Assembly (NCBI GenBank): GCA_964016885.1
Contig: OZ024743.1
Span: forward strand, 241,800,001 to 241,864,000
Origin: Eledone cirrhosa
Lineage: Eukaryota
Direction of reading: 5' to 3'
Length of the DNA stretch: 64,000 nt
The notes beneath the pieces were generated by a model. The model was not told where the DNA came from. It did no database searches and saw only the letters and a list, made by a program, of their open reading frames with translations. The stretch's first letter is position 1. Each line of letters starts with the position of its first letter. Positions 1-12,495 of this stretch are shown piece by piece. The translations under genes were made by a program, and so were the position numbers.

Positions 1-344
1 TAACATCAGATACATGAACAACTAAATTACTGGCGAAGATATTAAAACTAATAGATGCTATAATTATGTATTTGAATAAGAAGACATGTACTTACCTGCA
101 GGGTTAGATTTCTACACAAGTACAAATCAAAGCATGGTATTAGTTAAGTAAACTAGTAGTGGTATATACTATCGTGTTATGTTAAGTGGTTTATAAATTA
201 TCTGTGAAACATATCGAAGAATGTAATAGCAGTAACACTTGCAGAGATTTGTTTGAGATGGATGAATGGATGAATATAAGAATCTTTGCAGTACCATCAG
301 AAATACTGCCTCTAAGCAAGCTCTCTCTCATCCAGCTCTTTCTG

Positions 345-660
<316 letters not shown>

Positions 661-1167
661 TATATGTTATGATACCATAAATTAGTATATAACTGCTCGA
701 ATTTCTTAATTTGTTATGCTGCTTATACTGTGACTAGTACTTCCCACCTCTTTCTAACGGATACGACGTCCAGTCCTATTTGTATCTGCCTCCACTGTTA
801 AATAACTAACGAATTCAGACAGATATAAAAGTATTTATACTCTACTGGAAATTATCCAAAGACGATTCCTCTGATGGTTAGTTTCGCGTCTTCCTTAGCT
901 ATACCAAAATTAATTGTTGGTAATCGATAATCAATTATTTAGACCGGTTTTTGCTTCGGTTTACTTTTTCTTTTATTTCTCATTCGATCTCATGATGAAG
1001 GGCTAGTGTTTGAAACATTAACACGCTATTTCTGCTATATCAAGAATTAAACTAATATATTTCTTTATTGCACTGTATAACAATAAAGTACAATGAAGAA
1101 ATATATTAGTTTAACCCATGATATATTAGGAAATGCTTCGATGCTCCGTTTAATTTATATATATATA

Positions 1168-1997
1168 CTAGCAGTGTATCCCGGCGTTGCAAGGGTAAGG
1201 ACATTGGTAATAGCACCTCTAATGAGAAACGTTTATTTGTGAGTGCCTGTTAAGATTATATAGGACAAACTAAACTCACACTCAGAAACAGAATGACAGT
1301 TCATCGCCAACAATTACGAGATCCAACCACGAGACAGATACCACTCAGCGCACATCTAGACATTTGCGCAAGTAATAAGACGCCCAAATTCCAAGTCTTC
1401 CCATTTTACCTTTGCGCTAACAATACAACAGAACAAATACGAATAAATAAGGAAAATATGTTTATTCAAAAATATAGACCAGCATTAAATATGGTTTAAT
1501 ATACATTATGTCAACACCATAACATGCTAACCATCCAAACAGACACATACACACACACATAACACCTTATACTTTAGAAAATAAAAATCCGAACTAAATA
1601 AACCTTAACATACGTTTGCACTGACAATACAACAGAACAAATACGAATAAGTAAGGAAAATATGTTCATTCAAAAATATTCCTACTAAAGGAATCATTTT
1701 CCTACACACACACACACACACACACACACAATATATATATATATTCTCTTCATCTTAACATGCTAACCATACTCCCACACAGATAACACCCATACACACA
1801 CATAACAACCCCCACACCCACATACACAACTCCCTCCCCATTTTCTACTAATAGAATCACTTTCCTACACACATATATACACACACACAAAATATATATT
1901 CTCTCCATCTTAACATACTCCCACACACACACACATAACACCCATATACACACACACACAACTGTCTCCCCCATTTCTACTAATAGAATCATCTTCC

Positions 1998-2088
<91 letters not shown>

Positions 2089-3166
2089 ACACACACACAC
2101 AAGCACACAAATAAACATACATATCTTTACTTTCTTTATTCAATAGAAAATCTGAATTCTGACACCCCAGCGAACTAACCATATTCACTGAACCAGAACA
2201 AATCTCCCATCCCATTTCTCTTGACCATTATCTTTTGCTTGTCATAACATTCTCTAAAAAGGCTACAGAATACATTTCCAAATAAGGGCGCGAAAATTTA
2301 ATGAAAACTTGTTCACGTGACAGCCATAATTTCATTTATAACCAATCAAATTACGTTTATTAAAAAAAAGCCTTCGTGAGCCCCCTTTTTTTAAGTAAAA
2401 AGAAATTCAAACACACACAACACACACACACAAACACACACACACGCACACACACACCCAAGCACACAAATAAACATACATATCTTTACTTTTTTTATTC
2501 AATAGAAAATCTGAATTCTGACACCCCAGCGAACCAGCCATATTCACTGAACCAGAACAATTCTCCCATCCCATTTCTCTTGACCATTATCTTTCACTTA
2601 TCATAAAATTCTCTAAAAAGGCTACAGAATGGATTTCCAAATAAGGGCGCGAAAATTTAATGAAAACTTGTTCACGTGACAGTTATAATTTCATTTTATA
2701 ACCAATCAAATTACGCTTATTTAAAAAAAAAAAAAAAAATCTTCGTGAGCCCCTTTTTTTCAAGTAAAAAGAAATTCAAACACTCATATATGAAAAAACA
2801 ACCTGTGACACCCCCCCCCCCTTGTTTGAAGAACTTTGTAATGCGAACTGCCGCGAAATTTATTATAATTATTGACCAACCAATCAAATTACTTCTCGAA
2901 AATCCTGTGCATTTCGAGCCACTTTTTCCATATAAAACAAGTAACATTCAGAGACCAACCACATGTGAGAAAAACCACAGACCCTCTATCTCAACTCTAC
3001 TTTTGAAAAGCAGAAGAACTGCGAAACCGGTAAAGGAACCAAATAAATATATATATATTTTTTTTAAATAAGTCTCCAGTTGCATTTTCGATTTCATCTT
3101 TTTTTCTCTATACTTTCACTCGTGTAGGACACCTCGGTTATTTTTCATTTTGTAAAAAAACCTCAC

Positions 3167-3172
<6 letters not shown>
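1168..3172 (-). mobile_element. Non-autonomous Helitron-like element with internal tandem duplications
   Basis: Minus-strand 3' end CTAG|T at 1168-1171, next to a degenerate GC hairpin (cccggcgttgcaaggg). Internal ~360 bp duplication (2100-2420 vs 2460-2785). The far end runs into (TA)n and recurs at 13010-13222. The 5' TC is not resolvable. Confidence 0.55.
1248..1499 (+). pseudogene. GIY-YIG endonuclease C-terminal fragment of a Penelope-like element
   Basis: Translation C*DYIGQTKLTLRNRMTVHRQQ...LSAHL...RINKENMFIQKYRPALN contains the YIG, R, H, E and terminal N motifs of PLE GIY-YIG. A partial second copy lies at 1612-1680. Confidence 0.75.
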
Positions 3173-3260
<88 letters not shown>

Positions 3261-3819
3261 CTAATATGTATGTGATGAAACACAGATACCAACACATCTG
3301 TATATATATTGCAAAAGAAAATTTAGCCAGATTGAAGTATACTAATTATTATACTACAGTTTGTCCATATCGATTTAAAATAATAAATCAACAAAGACGA
3401 ACTGCATTGCCAAGAGGCTATGATGTTTAGACACATTTAAATTTCAAAATCAAACCTGTTCCGTAGATAAGTTTAAACTTTAAAATCCAAATTTGTTTCG
3501 AGTTAAATAAGTGTAGGAATATCATGTCCTGCTCTCCTCAGTAAACATCCAGGGACAAATTGATATGCTTCACTTCTAAATAATTTAAAAGACTGCGTGA
3601 CGCACATGGTTTAACAGTATCTAGCTAGTCTCATAACCGTACTGCTAGAAATAACAGTCGTATATATGAGGCGGCTTTCAGCTCAGACTAGGAGCAGTTA
3701 TTAATAAGGTAATGGATTCTTTTACAATGGAATTAGCTCGAAGGAGGAAAATACCCACTGAGCCGTGTATAAACTAATATGTATGTGATGAAACACAGAT
3801 ACCAACACATCTGTATATA

Positions 3820-3865
<46 letters not shown>

Positions 3866-4009
3866 CTCTATTACGTGTTCCAGCTGAGAGGTAGAGGCCA
3901 TCTGTGTGCACCGCTAATGATGCTACACTGTTCACAGCAGCCAGTTTTCGTTGGTTGGCCATTCATGCAAAAGGGAGTTTGTTGCTGCAGCCCTTATTTG
4001 CGCTTCGAA

Positions 4010-4220
4010 TGTATATATGTATGTATCTATGTGTGTGTGCGTGTGTTTGTGCGTGTATTGCATGCTTGCATCCATGCATATATGTATGTATGTATGTATG
4101 AATGTATGTATGTATGTATGTATGTATGTATGCATGTATGTATGTATGTATGTATCTATGTATGTATGTATGTATGTATGTATGTATGTATGTATGTATG
4201 TATGGATGTATGAATGTATG

Positions 4221-4254
<34 letters not shown>

Positions 4255-4380
4255 TGCATGTATGTATGTATGTATGTATCTATGTATGTATGTATGTATG
4301 TATGAATGTATGGATGTATGAATGTATGTATGTATGTATGTATGTATGTATGTATGTATGTATGTATGTATGTATGTATG
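4010..4380. repeat. (TATG)n microsatellite
   Basis: Direct reading. Confidence 0.97.
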
Positions 4381-4990
4381 TCAGGTCACCAGTTGGTGCT
4401 ATTGGTAACATGTATCCCAGTACAACCTGTCTCATGGTCGGGTCGTTGGCGACTAAACTGGCAACCCCACCAAGGTTTCTTGGTGAGGAGGGTGACTTTG
4501 GACATCCTGCAGGACTAAAAACAAAACCTGTCAAAGGGCAAAGGAGCTCTTAACAGTCAATGGCCTTCCAAAATCACCGGGAGAGATGACCCCTTAGCCT
4601 TTGTCAAGGCAGAATTCTAGGAGAAGGAAAACTCTGATGTAACACCTGCAACCCTGATGGTATCCAATGATGTTGACTTGTTCTTCTTTTTGGTAAATAT
4701 CATCTTGGTTAAGAGAGTGGGACTGGCTTTGTGCAATGACTTTGCTCACTATAAAAGCTTCACGGCACAGGCATTGCTTTATATCTGGAGATCTCTCTGC
4801 ACTTGTCATCACATGGTACCATGGGCCCAGCACTGTGTGTCAATAATTGTCACAGGTGTAGTGTTTGTACCAGAGTTTTCAAGTCGCTGGCTGGACTAAA
4901 AAGTCACACTCGTTCAGCACATCGGTAGGGGTTCTCCTACATAGATATAAAGTAGTGGCCGTACTCGAAAACGAGTTGGCAGCCACCATG
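4381..4990 (+). mobile_element. Internally deleted RTE-clade LINE derivative (5' UTR, trace of APE, C-terminal C2H2 finger, 3' UTR)
   Basis: 5' UTR-like ctaggagaaggaaaactctga; C-terminal HRCSVCTRVFKSLAGLKSHTRSAHR* (about 4852-4929); 3' end gtactcgaaaacgagttggcagccacc followed by (ATGT)n. Confidence 0.65.
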
Positions 4991-5081
4991 TATGTATGAA
5001 TGCATGTATGTATGTATGAATGTATGTATGTATGTATGTATGTATGTATGTATGTATGTATGTATGTATGTATGTATGTGC

Positions 5082-5346
5082 CTTTGCTCACTATAAAAGC
5101 TTCACGGCACAGGCATTGCTTTATATCTGGAGATCTCTCTGCACTTGTCGTCACATGGTACCATGGGCCCGGCACTATGTGTAAATAATTGTCACAGGTG
5201 TAGTGTTTGTACCACAGTTTTCAAGTCGCTGGCTGGACTAAAAAGTCACACTCGTTCAGCGCATCGGTAGGGGTTCTCCTACATGGATATAAAGTAGTGG
5301 CCGTACTCGAAAACGAGTTGGCAGCCACCATGTATGTATGTATGTA
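5082..5346 (+). mobile_element. Second, 5'-truncated copy of the same RTE 3' end
   Basis: Near-identical to 4740-4995; (TATG)n on both sides. Confidence 0.75.
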
Positions 5347-5909
5347 CATCCGGGCTGACAATTCATCATATTGAGGTATGAGGTGAATCTATAAATACGA
5401 CTGTTTTTATAACACAACAGAAGCTCGATGAAATGGAAAATTTGTCATTTAACAGTGACGACTAAATCTCTTTCACACACATTACCACATATAAGTGTAC
5501 ATTTCATAACATTCCTTGTGCATACATGGCTGTGTGTGTATATATATATATGTATGGGTATATGCCCTTTTGAATGTATCAGTACGTATTATATTGTGCC
5601 TTTTCACCTTTATATTGAGAGAGAGGGGATAGAAACACAAATAGATAAATACATAGACGCGTAAAACATATTAATATGCTTATGACTGTTGTATACATTT
5701 TCTTATGTATGCGCATATATGCATATATATGTGTGTATATATATATGTTTGTATATATATCTATCTACATATCGTTTCTGAATTTGTTTAGCAAGATTCT
5801 TTATCTGAAAACGTGTGTTGAAACCGATGACCCTCTATCTCTCTCTCTCTATATATATATATACACACACATACGCACACATACACACACACACACACGC
5901 ATATGTATA

Positions 5910-6060
5910 TCTACTGTTTAAATGGCAATTTCTGTCTGTCTGTGTATCTCTGTATAACCAGTTGGCGCCTACACCAGTGATCCGATCCTGATGAAACTTT
6001 ACACACATGTTAAGCTAATATTCAGAAACAGGACTGGATAATTGATCTTCAATAAAAATC
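5910..6060 (+). mobile_element. Helitron/HINE-like 5' segment
   Basis: A|TC start, (tctg)n, then ccgatcctgatgaaacttt, as commonly seen in non-autonomous Helitrons. A matching hairpin plus CTAG end may be at 8760-8800. Confidence 0.35.
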
Positions 6061-6279
6061 AATAATGGAATCCCTGGGGACATATTTACAATGGAGCTGG
6101 AAAGAGAAGACCTTTCATTGAGAGAGATACTACTACTATATGTTTAACCCCCACTTTCCACTACTCCCCTTCCTCCTCCTACAACTCAGTCCTTCAAAAC
6201 GAGGCAACAATTTATTAGAAATATAGATAAAGAAATTTCAAACATAGAAGACGACAATCTAATTTTGGTTGACAACTGA

Positions 6280-7035
6280 ACAGATGTCTCTTGCGATGCA
6301 AGAAAAGCGACTGAAGCACGCAAAGAAGCTGATCAACAAGTTGAAACACACACTGCAGCCAGACAGGCTGTTGTTTTTCTCCGACGAGAAAAACTTCTGG
6401 CAAGACCATAAGATCAACTCCCAGAACAACAGGTGGCTCGCTGTCTCATCCAAAGACGCCCAGAGTCATGCAGACAAAGTTTCCAGCGACAGCATTGGTC
6501 TTAGGTGTCGTCAGCAGTCAAGGTGACGTCATGCAACCTCACTTCTTCCCTGAGGGCCTCAAGCTGAACACCGATGGTTACATCCGCGTTCTGAGCGTGG
6601 TAGTAAATCCCTGGATCGACCAGGTAGCCCTGCCATATCAGCCGAAAAACCCAAGCCTGGCTGTCAGAGAACTTCGGCGACCACACTTTACCTGACATCT
6701 GGCCTCCCAGTTCACCTGACTGCAACCCACTCGTCTTCTTTGTGTGGGGCGCAGTGGAACGAGACACCAACAGATCTATTTGCATTACGAAAGACGATCT
6801 GAAGGCCAGGATCACAAGTGCCTTTAGGGGTATAAGTTGGGGACAGTGACGAAGGCCTGTAGCCGGTTCCAAGGCCGCGTTGAAGCCGTCATCAAAGCCA
6901 ATGGCGGGTTTATCGAGTGAGATCGAAAGAACAAGTCATGAAGACAAACTGACTCAAATTTGATAAATATATCTTAAAAAATAAAACTATTGTTATTTTT
7001 TCCTAGACCTGCGAACAAATATCGTCCGCACCCTG
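6280..7035 (+). mobile_element. 5'-truncated Tc1/mariner transposon, maT (DD37D)-like, with frameshifted transposase
   Basis: LFFSDEKNF...NSQNNRW; VLGVVS..G.V..PHFFPEGLKLN; WPPSSPDCNPL.FFVWG; ends VIKANGGFIE* at 6920. Right terminus ...gtccgcaccctg|TA at 7035. Confidence 0.85.
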
Positions 7036-7041
7036 TATATA

Positions 7042-7937
7042 CGAGGTGTGTCAGAAAAGTTCCAGGACTGATGTCACAAAAGATTTATTTCAAACCCAAA
7101 CTTCACACTAAAAGTTTTCTCCTTCGAAGTAATCTCCCTGGAGTCTAATGCACTTTTCCATCCTTTTCTGCCACGCTTGCATGCACTCCTGGAAGGATTC
7201 TTCCGGGATCCTCCGCAGTTCCGACGTCACGGCCTTTTTGATGTCGTCCACGTCTTCAAAACGGCTTCCCTTGATGACCCCCTTGAGCATCCATGACTCA
7301 TCACCGGTGATGACTGTCCCTAGCTAGTCTGGTTCGGTTTCAAGAAGCTCGAGGATGTCCTGGCACACTTGCATGCGTCGACCCTTCTGGTCATCGTTCA
7401 GCAATTTTGGCACCATCTTCGCGCAGACTTTCCGCATGTCCAAATCTTCAGTGAGAATCTTCCAGACGCTGTCCCGATTCATGCCCAGCTCATTTGCCAT
7501 CAGTCGAACATTCAGCCGACGATCGCTACGCACCATCTGCCTGACGCGCTCAACGTTGACCTCAGTCCTGGTTGTTGAGGGCCTTCCGCTCCTGGGGTCA
7601 TCTTCCACGTCCTTGCGTCCTTCTTTAAACCTCTTGCACCACTCAAAAACACGTGAGCGTGACATCGTCTCATCTCCATACACTTGCTGCAGCAATCCCA
7701 GTGCTTCTGATGGAGTTTTCCCTAAGCGTTCGTTGCTCTGTGCTCATTGCTTGACGACCTGAAACAGAGGACATGTATATAACATTATGAAGAAAAAAGT
7801 TTGATCGCTGCAGAGAGCTAAGATTACAGTTACATACTCAAGGGGGATTACTTTGAAGGAGAAAACTCTTAGTGTGAAGTTTGGGTTTAAAATAAATCTT
7901 TTGTGACATCAGTCCTGGAACCTTTCTGACACCTCTC

Positions 7938-7938
<1 letters not shown>
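7042..7938 (-). mobile_element. Mariner (DD34D-type) element, internally deleted, with ~100 bp inverted termini and TA flanks
   Basis: ORFs 7324-7695 (HTH, SGRP, VPKLL) and 7108-7290 (C-terminal GDYFEG). ITGDESW is joined directly to the C-terminus. TIRs cgaggtgtgtcagaaaagttccaggactg... at both ends. Confidence 0.92.
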
Positions 7939-7984
<46 letters not shown>

Positions 7985-8825
7985 ATCCACTGATATGGAT
8001 TCTGAACAAGTGCACACGCTTAGGTCACATTAAGGTCAACTGCAAGAATCGGTGATAAGTTATAAAAAAGTGTGATGATCAATGACCTGGAAGTTGGCTT
8101 ACCATGAGATTAGTCCGAAGAATAAAACCCAAATCGTATGTTGACGAATATTCGTACTCCCGGTATGTTAATTGTAACATGCCGTCTTTGAGAGTGGAGT
8201 TTATTTTGTCGATATTTCGAGGTGTCGGATCGTGGGAAAATTAACACGAATTAAGAAGATGTAACTTCTCCATTATTGACACTTTGCAACAGTGAACGTT
8301 ACAAGGCCCTCTTTAGGGCCAACACTACTGATTGTTTATCCGACTTATTATGGTGTGTTTTCTCGGGTTATGTCTACTATAGGGGGAAAACGGGATGGTT
8401 TTATTGAATTGCTTCAGTCATTCGAAGGGCTTTACAAAAGGTGATATATAGGGTGCTTGAACAGTACCCGAATATGTTCACTCGGTTATAATTTCTTCAA
8501 TAATTGCGATGAGTTCTCAATTGTTCTGTGTTTGTTCTGAATGGTAAGGCAAATTCTTATACATAATTCTGTTGAATAATTTCTATACTCTTCGAGCTCA
8601 AACTTCCCCGGCTTATTCATTCTGAATGAAGAAAGCTGGATGGAAGAAGGACTTATCACTTAAACAGCTATTGATAGTTCCACAGAAAAAATTGATCTGC
8701 CATAAACACATCTAGCAAAGTGTCGGTAGCATTTTCAGGCGTACTCTGGGAACTGCGAATAACCCGACCTTTCCCGGGTATTACTAGGTACTGCAGCTAG
8801 CATATATATATGTATATATATATAT

Positions 8826-9395
8826 ATATAAGTATGTATACGTACATACATATATGTGTACAGACGTACAGTAGTATGTATATATATATATATACATACA
8901 TGCTCACATATATATATGTACGTATGGATTCACAGAACATTAATTATAATGCTCGGTGTGTTTGTAAACAAACATCCCGAATTAAGCCGTACAGTGTCTA
9001 GCAACCATCGTTGCTCATTTGTTCAACACTGACAAAGGAACGCTGTACTAGTTTCAAGCTTATTAGCTATCATCAGCAACGTATACCTTCCTGCCAGATG
9101 GTTGAACGTCTGAAAGTATATTCTTTCCTTATGCATATTAACGGCTGAGCAGCCTAATTTGCATATCGAGTGAGTTAATCGGCCGGGGTACCGAAAACCA
9201 TACACGGAAAAAATGAAACGAAATTTCATTTCTCACTCTTAGTACGGCTGTTACTTAAATATAAGTATGTATACGTACATACATATATGTATACAGACGT
9301 ACAGTAGTATGTATATATATACATACATGCACACACATATATATATATATGTACGTATGGATTTACCGAACATTTATTATAATGCTCGGGCGTGT
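8826..9395 (-). mobile_element. Non-coding ~433-nt monomer element, about 1.3 tandem copies, carrying a hammerhead ribozyme (retrozyme / mini-PLE-like)
   Basis: 8831-8965 repeats directly at 9264-9395 (offset 433). Homologous copy at 36011-36499. No meaningful ORF. Confidence 0.7.
9040..9082 (-). ncRNA. Minimal type I hammerhead ribozyme motif
   Basis: Minus strand reads acgttg-CTGATGA-t-agct-aata-agct-t-GAAA-ctag-TA-cagcgt: 6 bp stem I, hairpin stem II, palindromic stem III, GUA triplet. Confidence 0.75.
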
Positions 9396-9819
9396 GTAAA
9401 TGTTATAATAAATGTTCGCTAAATGAAAAAAGAGACATTGTTTGGGAGAGAAAAGGAAAATAAGACAGACGAGATTAAAAAAAAAACGATGGAAAAGGAA
9501 AACAGAGGAAAAGTATGTGTGGTAAGCTAAATGGTAAGCTAGCCATTTTGAAAAAAATGTATGTATGAATGTATTTATGTACGAATTCATGCACATATAT
9601 GAACATATATGTTTGTAAGTGCAGTTTACCGACCTTAAATTGAAGAGTGAATACACGTTCACATTGCCGTAATTCGGTGAAGCGGACAAAAGACATAAAG
9701 AGGATTGAAAAGGTGATAAAGCAAGATTCCCATAATTTTATTCCCTTTTATTTTATTTCCTTCATGTCATCCTCTACATTGGCGAGTTTTGTATCAACAC
9801 ATAAATACATATGTATGCA

Positions 9820-9873
<54 letters not shown>

Positions 9874-10116
9874 TATTTATATATATATATATACCCTATT
9901 AATATTTATATATATATATATATATACCCTCTCTCTTTCTCGCCCTCTCTCTCTATTTATCTATCTATCTATCGATCTCACTCTCTCTCTCCATCTATCT
10001 ATCTATCTCTATCTCTCTCTCTCTCCCCTTCTCTATCCTTCCCCTCTCTCTCTATCTCTTTATATATATATATATATATATAGTTAAAAGAATAGAGGTG
10101 TAACACACAAGTTATT

Positions 10117-10509
10117 ATATATTGGTAAACGGAATAGAAAATGCTGACAAATTGTTCACAGTTGAAAAATGGTTTAATTAGGAATAAAAGAGTATTAGTG
10201 ATTGTATTGGTTAGTATTCAGTTGTAGTTTTAAGTTTTTAAGTTTTTACCGGTTGCGCATTTCTAAATGCTTTTCAAAAATAATTTTGAGATAGAGTGTC
10301 CTTGCTGTTTCATCTGATCAGAGCAAACAGCACGGACACTCTATCTCAAAATTATTTTTGAAAAGCATTTAGAAATGCGCAACCGGTAAAAACTTAAAAA
10401 CTTAAAACCACAACTGAATACTAACCCATACAATCACTAATACTCTTTTATTCCTAATTAAACCATTTTTCAACTGTGAACAATTTGTCAGCATTTTCTA
10501 TTCCGTTTA

Positions 10510-10518
<9 letters not shown>
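10117..10518. repeat. Near-perfect foldback palindrome with ~195 bp arms, abutting (TA)n
   Basis: 10117-10310 is the reverse complement of 10325-10518 with about 3 mismatches; centre tctgatcaga. Confidence 0.92.
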
Positions 10519-10595
<77 letters not shown>

Positions 10596-11052
10596 CATAT
10601 ATAAATGAGTTAGAGACTATAATGATAGTCTCTAACTATAAATAATATTGAGAAAATTGAGTAAAGTACTCCTGGAGTTGATAAACAGGACAGAAATCTG
10701 CGAGAATTAGAAACCCACATCTTTCGGATGTCGTAAACCTCTCGCTAAAAGCCGCTGACCCTACATTTCCTCTTATTCATTTTTTATTTTCTAAGCTTTT
10801 AAGCCTGTAGCTCTAAGTGGAAACAAAGTGGCTCACATAAGAATCATTGGAAATTTGAAATGTGTGCGCCCGACGCAAATTATCATAATGATATTCGATC
10901 CCTCTAAATATTTTATTATGATTTGGGAAATGGGGCAATGGAGCCTTCAAGAATGTAGTCTTCCATGAGATGATAAATACAGATATGTAAAATAAGTATT
11001 CAAAATTCTTTGGAAATACTGACATTACGGTTTGGAGAACATTTAGCTTTAA

Positions 11053-11269
11053 CCCTTTAGCATTTACATTACTCTATATATACTCTTGTATTTTCACGGT
11101 AAATACTTTCATATGATTATCTCACAAAATATCGAATCTACGAGATTTTGATATTGTTTATTTTGAGAACAATACCTTAATATAAGTATGAGCAGCCAGT
11201 TACGGCTGGTTTGAACAGAAAGGGTTGAGAGAATTCTGGCCGGGTACAGCCGGTTTAAATTCTAAAGGG
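11053..11269. mobile_element. piggyBac-type MITE
   Basis: TTAA|ccctttagcattta ... taaattctaaaggg|TTAA: terminal inverted repeats starting CCC with a TTAA target duplication. Confidence 0.8.
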
Positions 11270-11938
11270 TTAATCTCTTATTTTAAGTCACAATTTCATA
11301 TTTAAGCGAGACATGAAGGCTTCTTTTAATATATTCATTAACATAACAAAACAAAAATGAATGCCGTTTACGTGTGGTTAGCAGCTATAAAAGTGATAAA
11401 AACTATTAGAGGAGGCTGGATCTATTCTTAAGTTGTTCCTCCAAGTAAAAACACAGTATTTATGAGACCACAGAAGATGTTAGAAAGACGATAAATTCAG
11501 AATTTCAATAGTGTATGTCTCCTATCCAGTTGAGGGGCTCGATCTCTAGAGGTTATAATATTATCATGGTCCGTGTAAATGACTTCAATCCCTGTAACCA
11601 GAAGGGGCATTGGAATGAATTTGCTCTTTCAAAAGTTGGATTGTCACGTTTGGAGTAGAAAATAGAGAGAGAAGTCAGTCAAACGCGTAACCTATCCCAA
11701 ATATAATTGTGTGTATGTTTGTGTGGGTGCGTGTGTGTGCGTGTGGTTGCGCGTGTGTAAGGAAGTTTAAAGTTTAACGGTAGAGTTAAAATCCAATTAA
11801 ACACACCAACAAATGTGAACGTAAAATATATTGAGTACTTCCCGGAATAGTATTTTCCCAGTATCGTAACCGCCTGTAAATATCCAATATATATATATTT
11901 ATAAATATGTGTGTGCGTGTTTGTGTGTATGTACATTA

Positions 11939-11985
<47 letters not shown>

Positions 11986-12001
11986 ATATCTATATCTATA
12001 C

Positions 12002-12348
12002 ATTGTTATACTTTGGGAGGATCATGTTGCCAATAAGAAACACACCCACCAGTTGCTTTCACTTCAATTTATTATAATAAATTTATAAATTTAGGAATTT
12101 ATAAATTTCCGGTTGGTTGATTGGTTCCACAAGCAGATGGTTGTTTATATATTGTCAAAGTTCTTTCGTCACACATTCTGTGACCTCTTCAGTGACTGGG
12201 GATTCTTTTCTTTGTTTGTTGTGCCTCTCCTTTGTTCTGTCCTACGCCATCTTGTTTTTGTGTGTGTGTTCACATAATATAATAAATTGAAGTGAAAGCA
12301 ACATGACCCTCCCTTATTGGCAACACGACCCTCCCAAAGTATAACAAT
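12002..12348 (-). mobile_element. PLE pseudo-LTR-like element with inverted ends and a hammerhead motif
   Basis: 12002-12075 is inverted relative to 12277-12348; hammerhead-like core at 12154-12196. Confidence 0.55.
12154..12196 (-). ncRNA. Minimal type I hammerhead ribozyme motif
   Basis: gtca-CTGAAGA-g-gtcac-agaatgt-gtgac-GAAA-gaac-TT-tgac. Stems I and II pair; stem III is one change from palindromic. Confidence 0.6.
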
Positions 12349-12409
12349 ATCGGTTTCAACACACGTTTTCAGATCAAGAATCTTGCTAAACAAATTCAGA
12401 AACGATATA

Positions 12410-12492
<83 letters not shown>

Positions 12493-12495
<3 letters not shown>

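Noticed and set aside
985-1025. Additional decayed hammerhead-like strings (also near 5800, 14640 and 20750)
   Set aside because: The core or stems are too degenerate to distinguish from chance in AT-rich DNA.
4852-4929. C2H2 zinc finger as a host zinc-finger gene exon
   Set aside because: It is a single finger followed by a stop, a LINE-type 3' UTR and a repeat tail, and it is duplicated; this fits an RTE C-terminus.
7990-8750. Possible zinc-knuckle (KCTRLGHIKVNC) and GIY-YIG-like (IVY...YYRGKT) remnants
   Set aside because: Too decayed to assign by eye; it needs TBLASTN or an HMM search.
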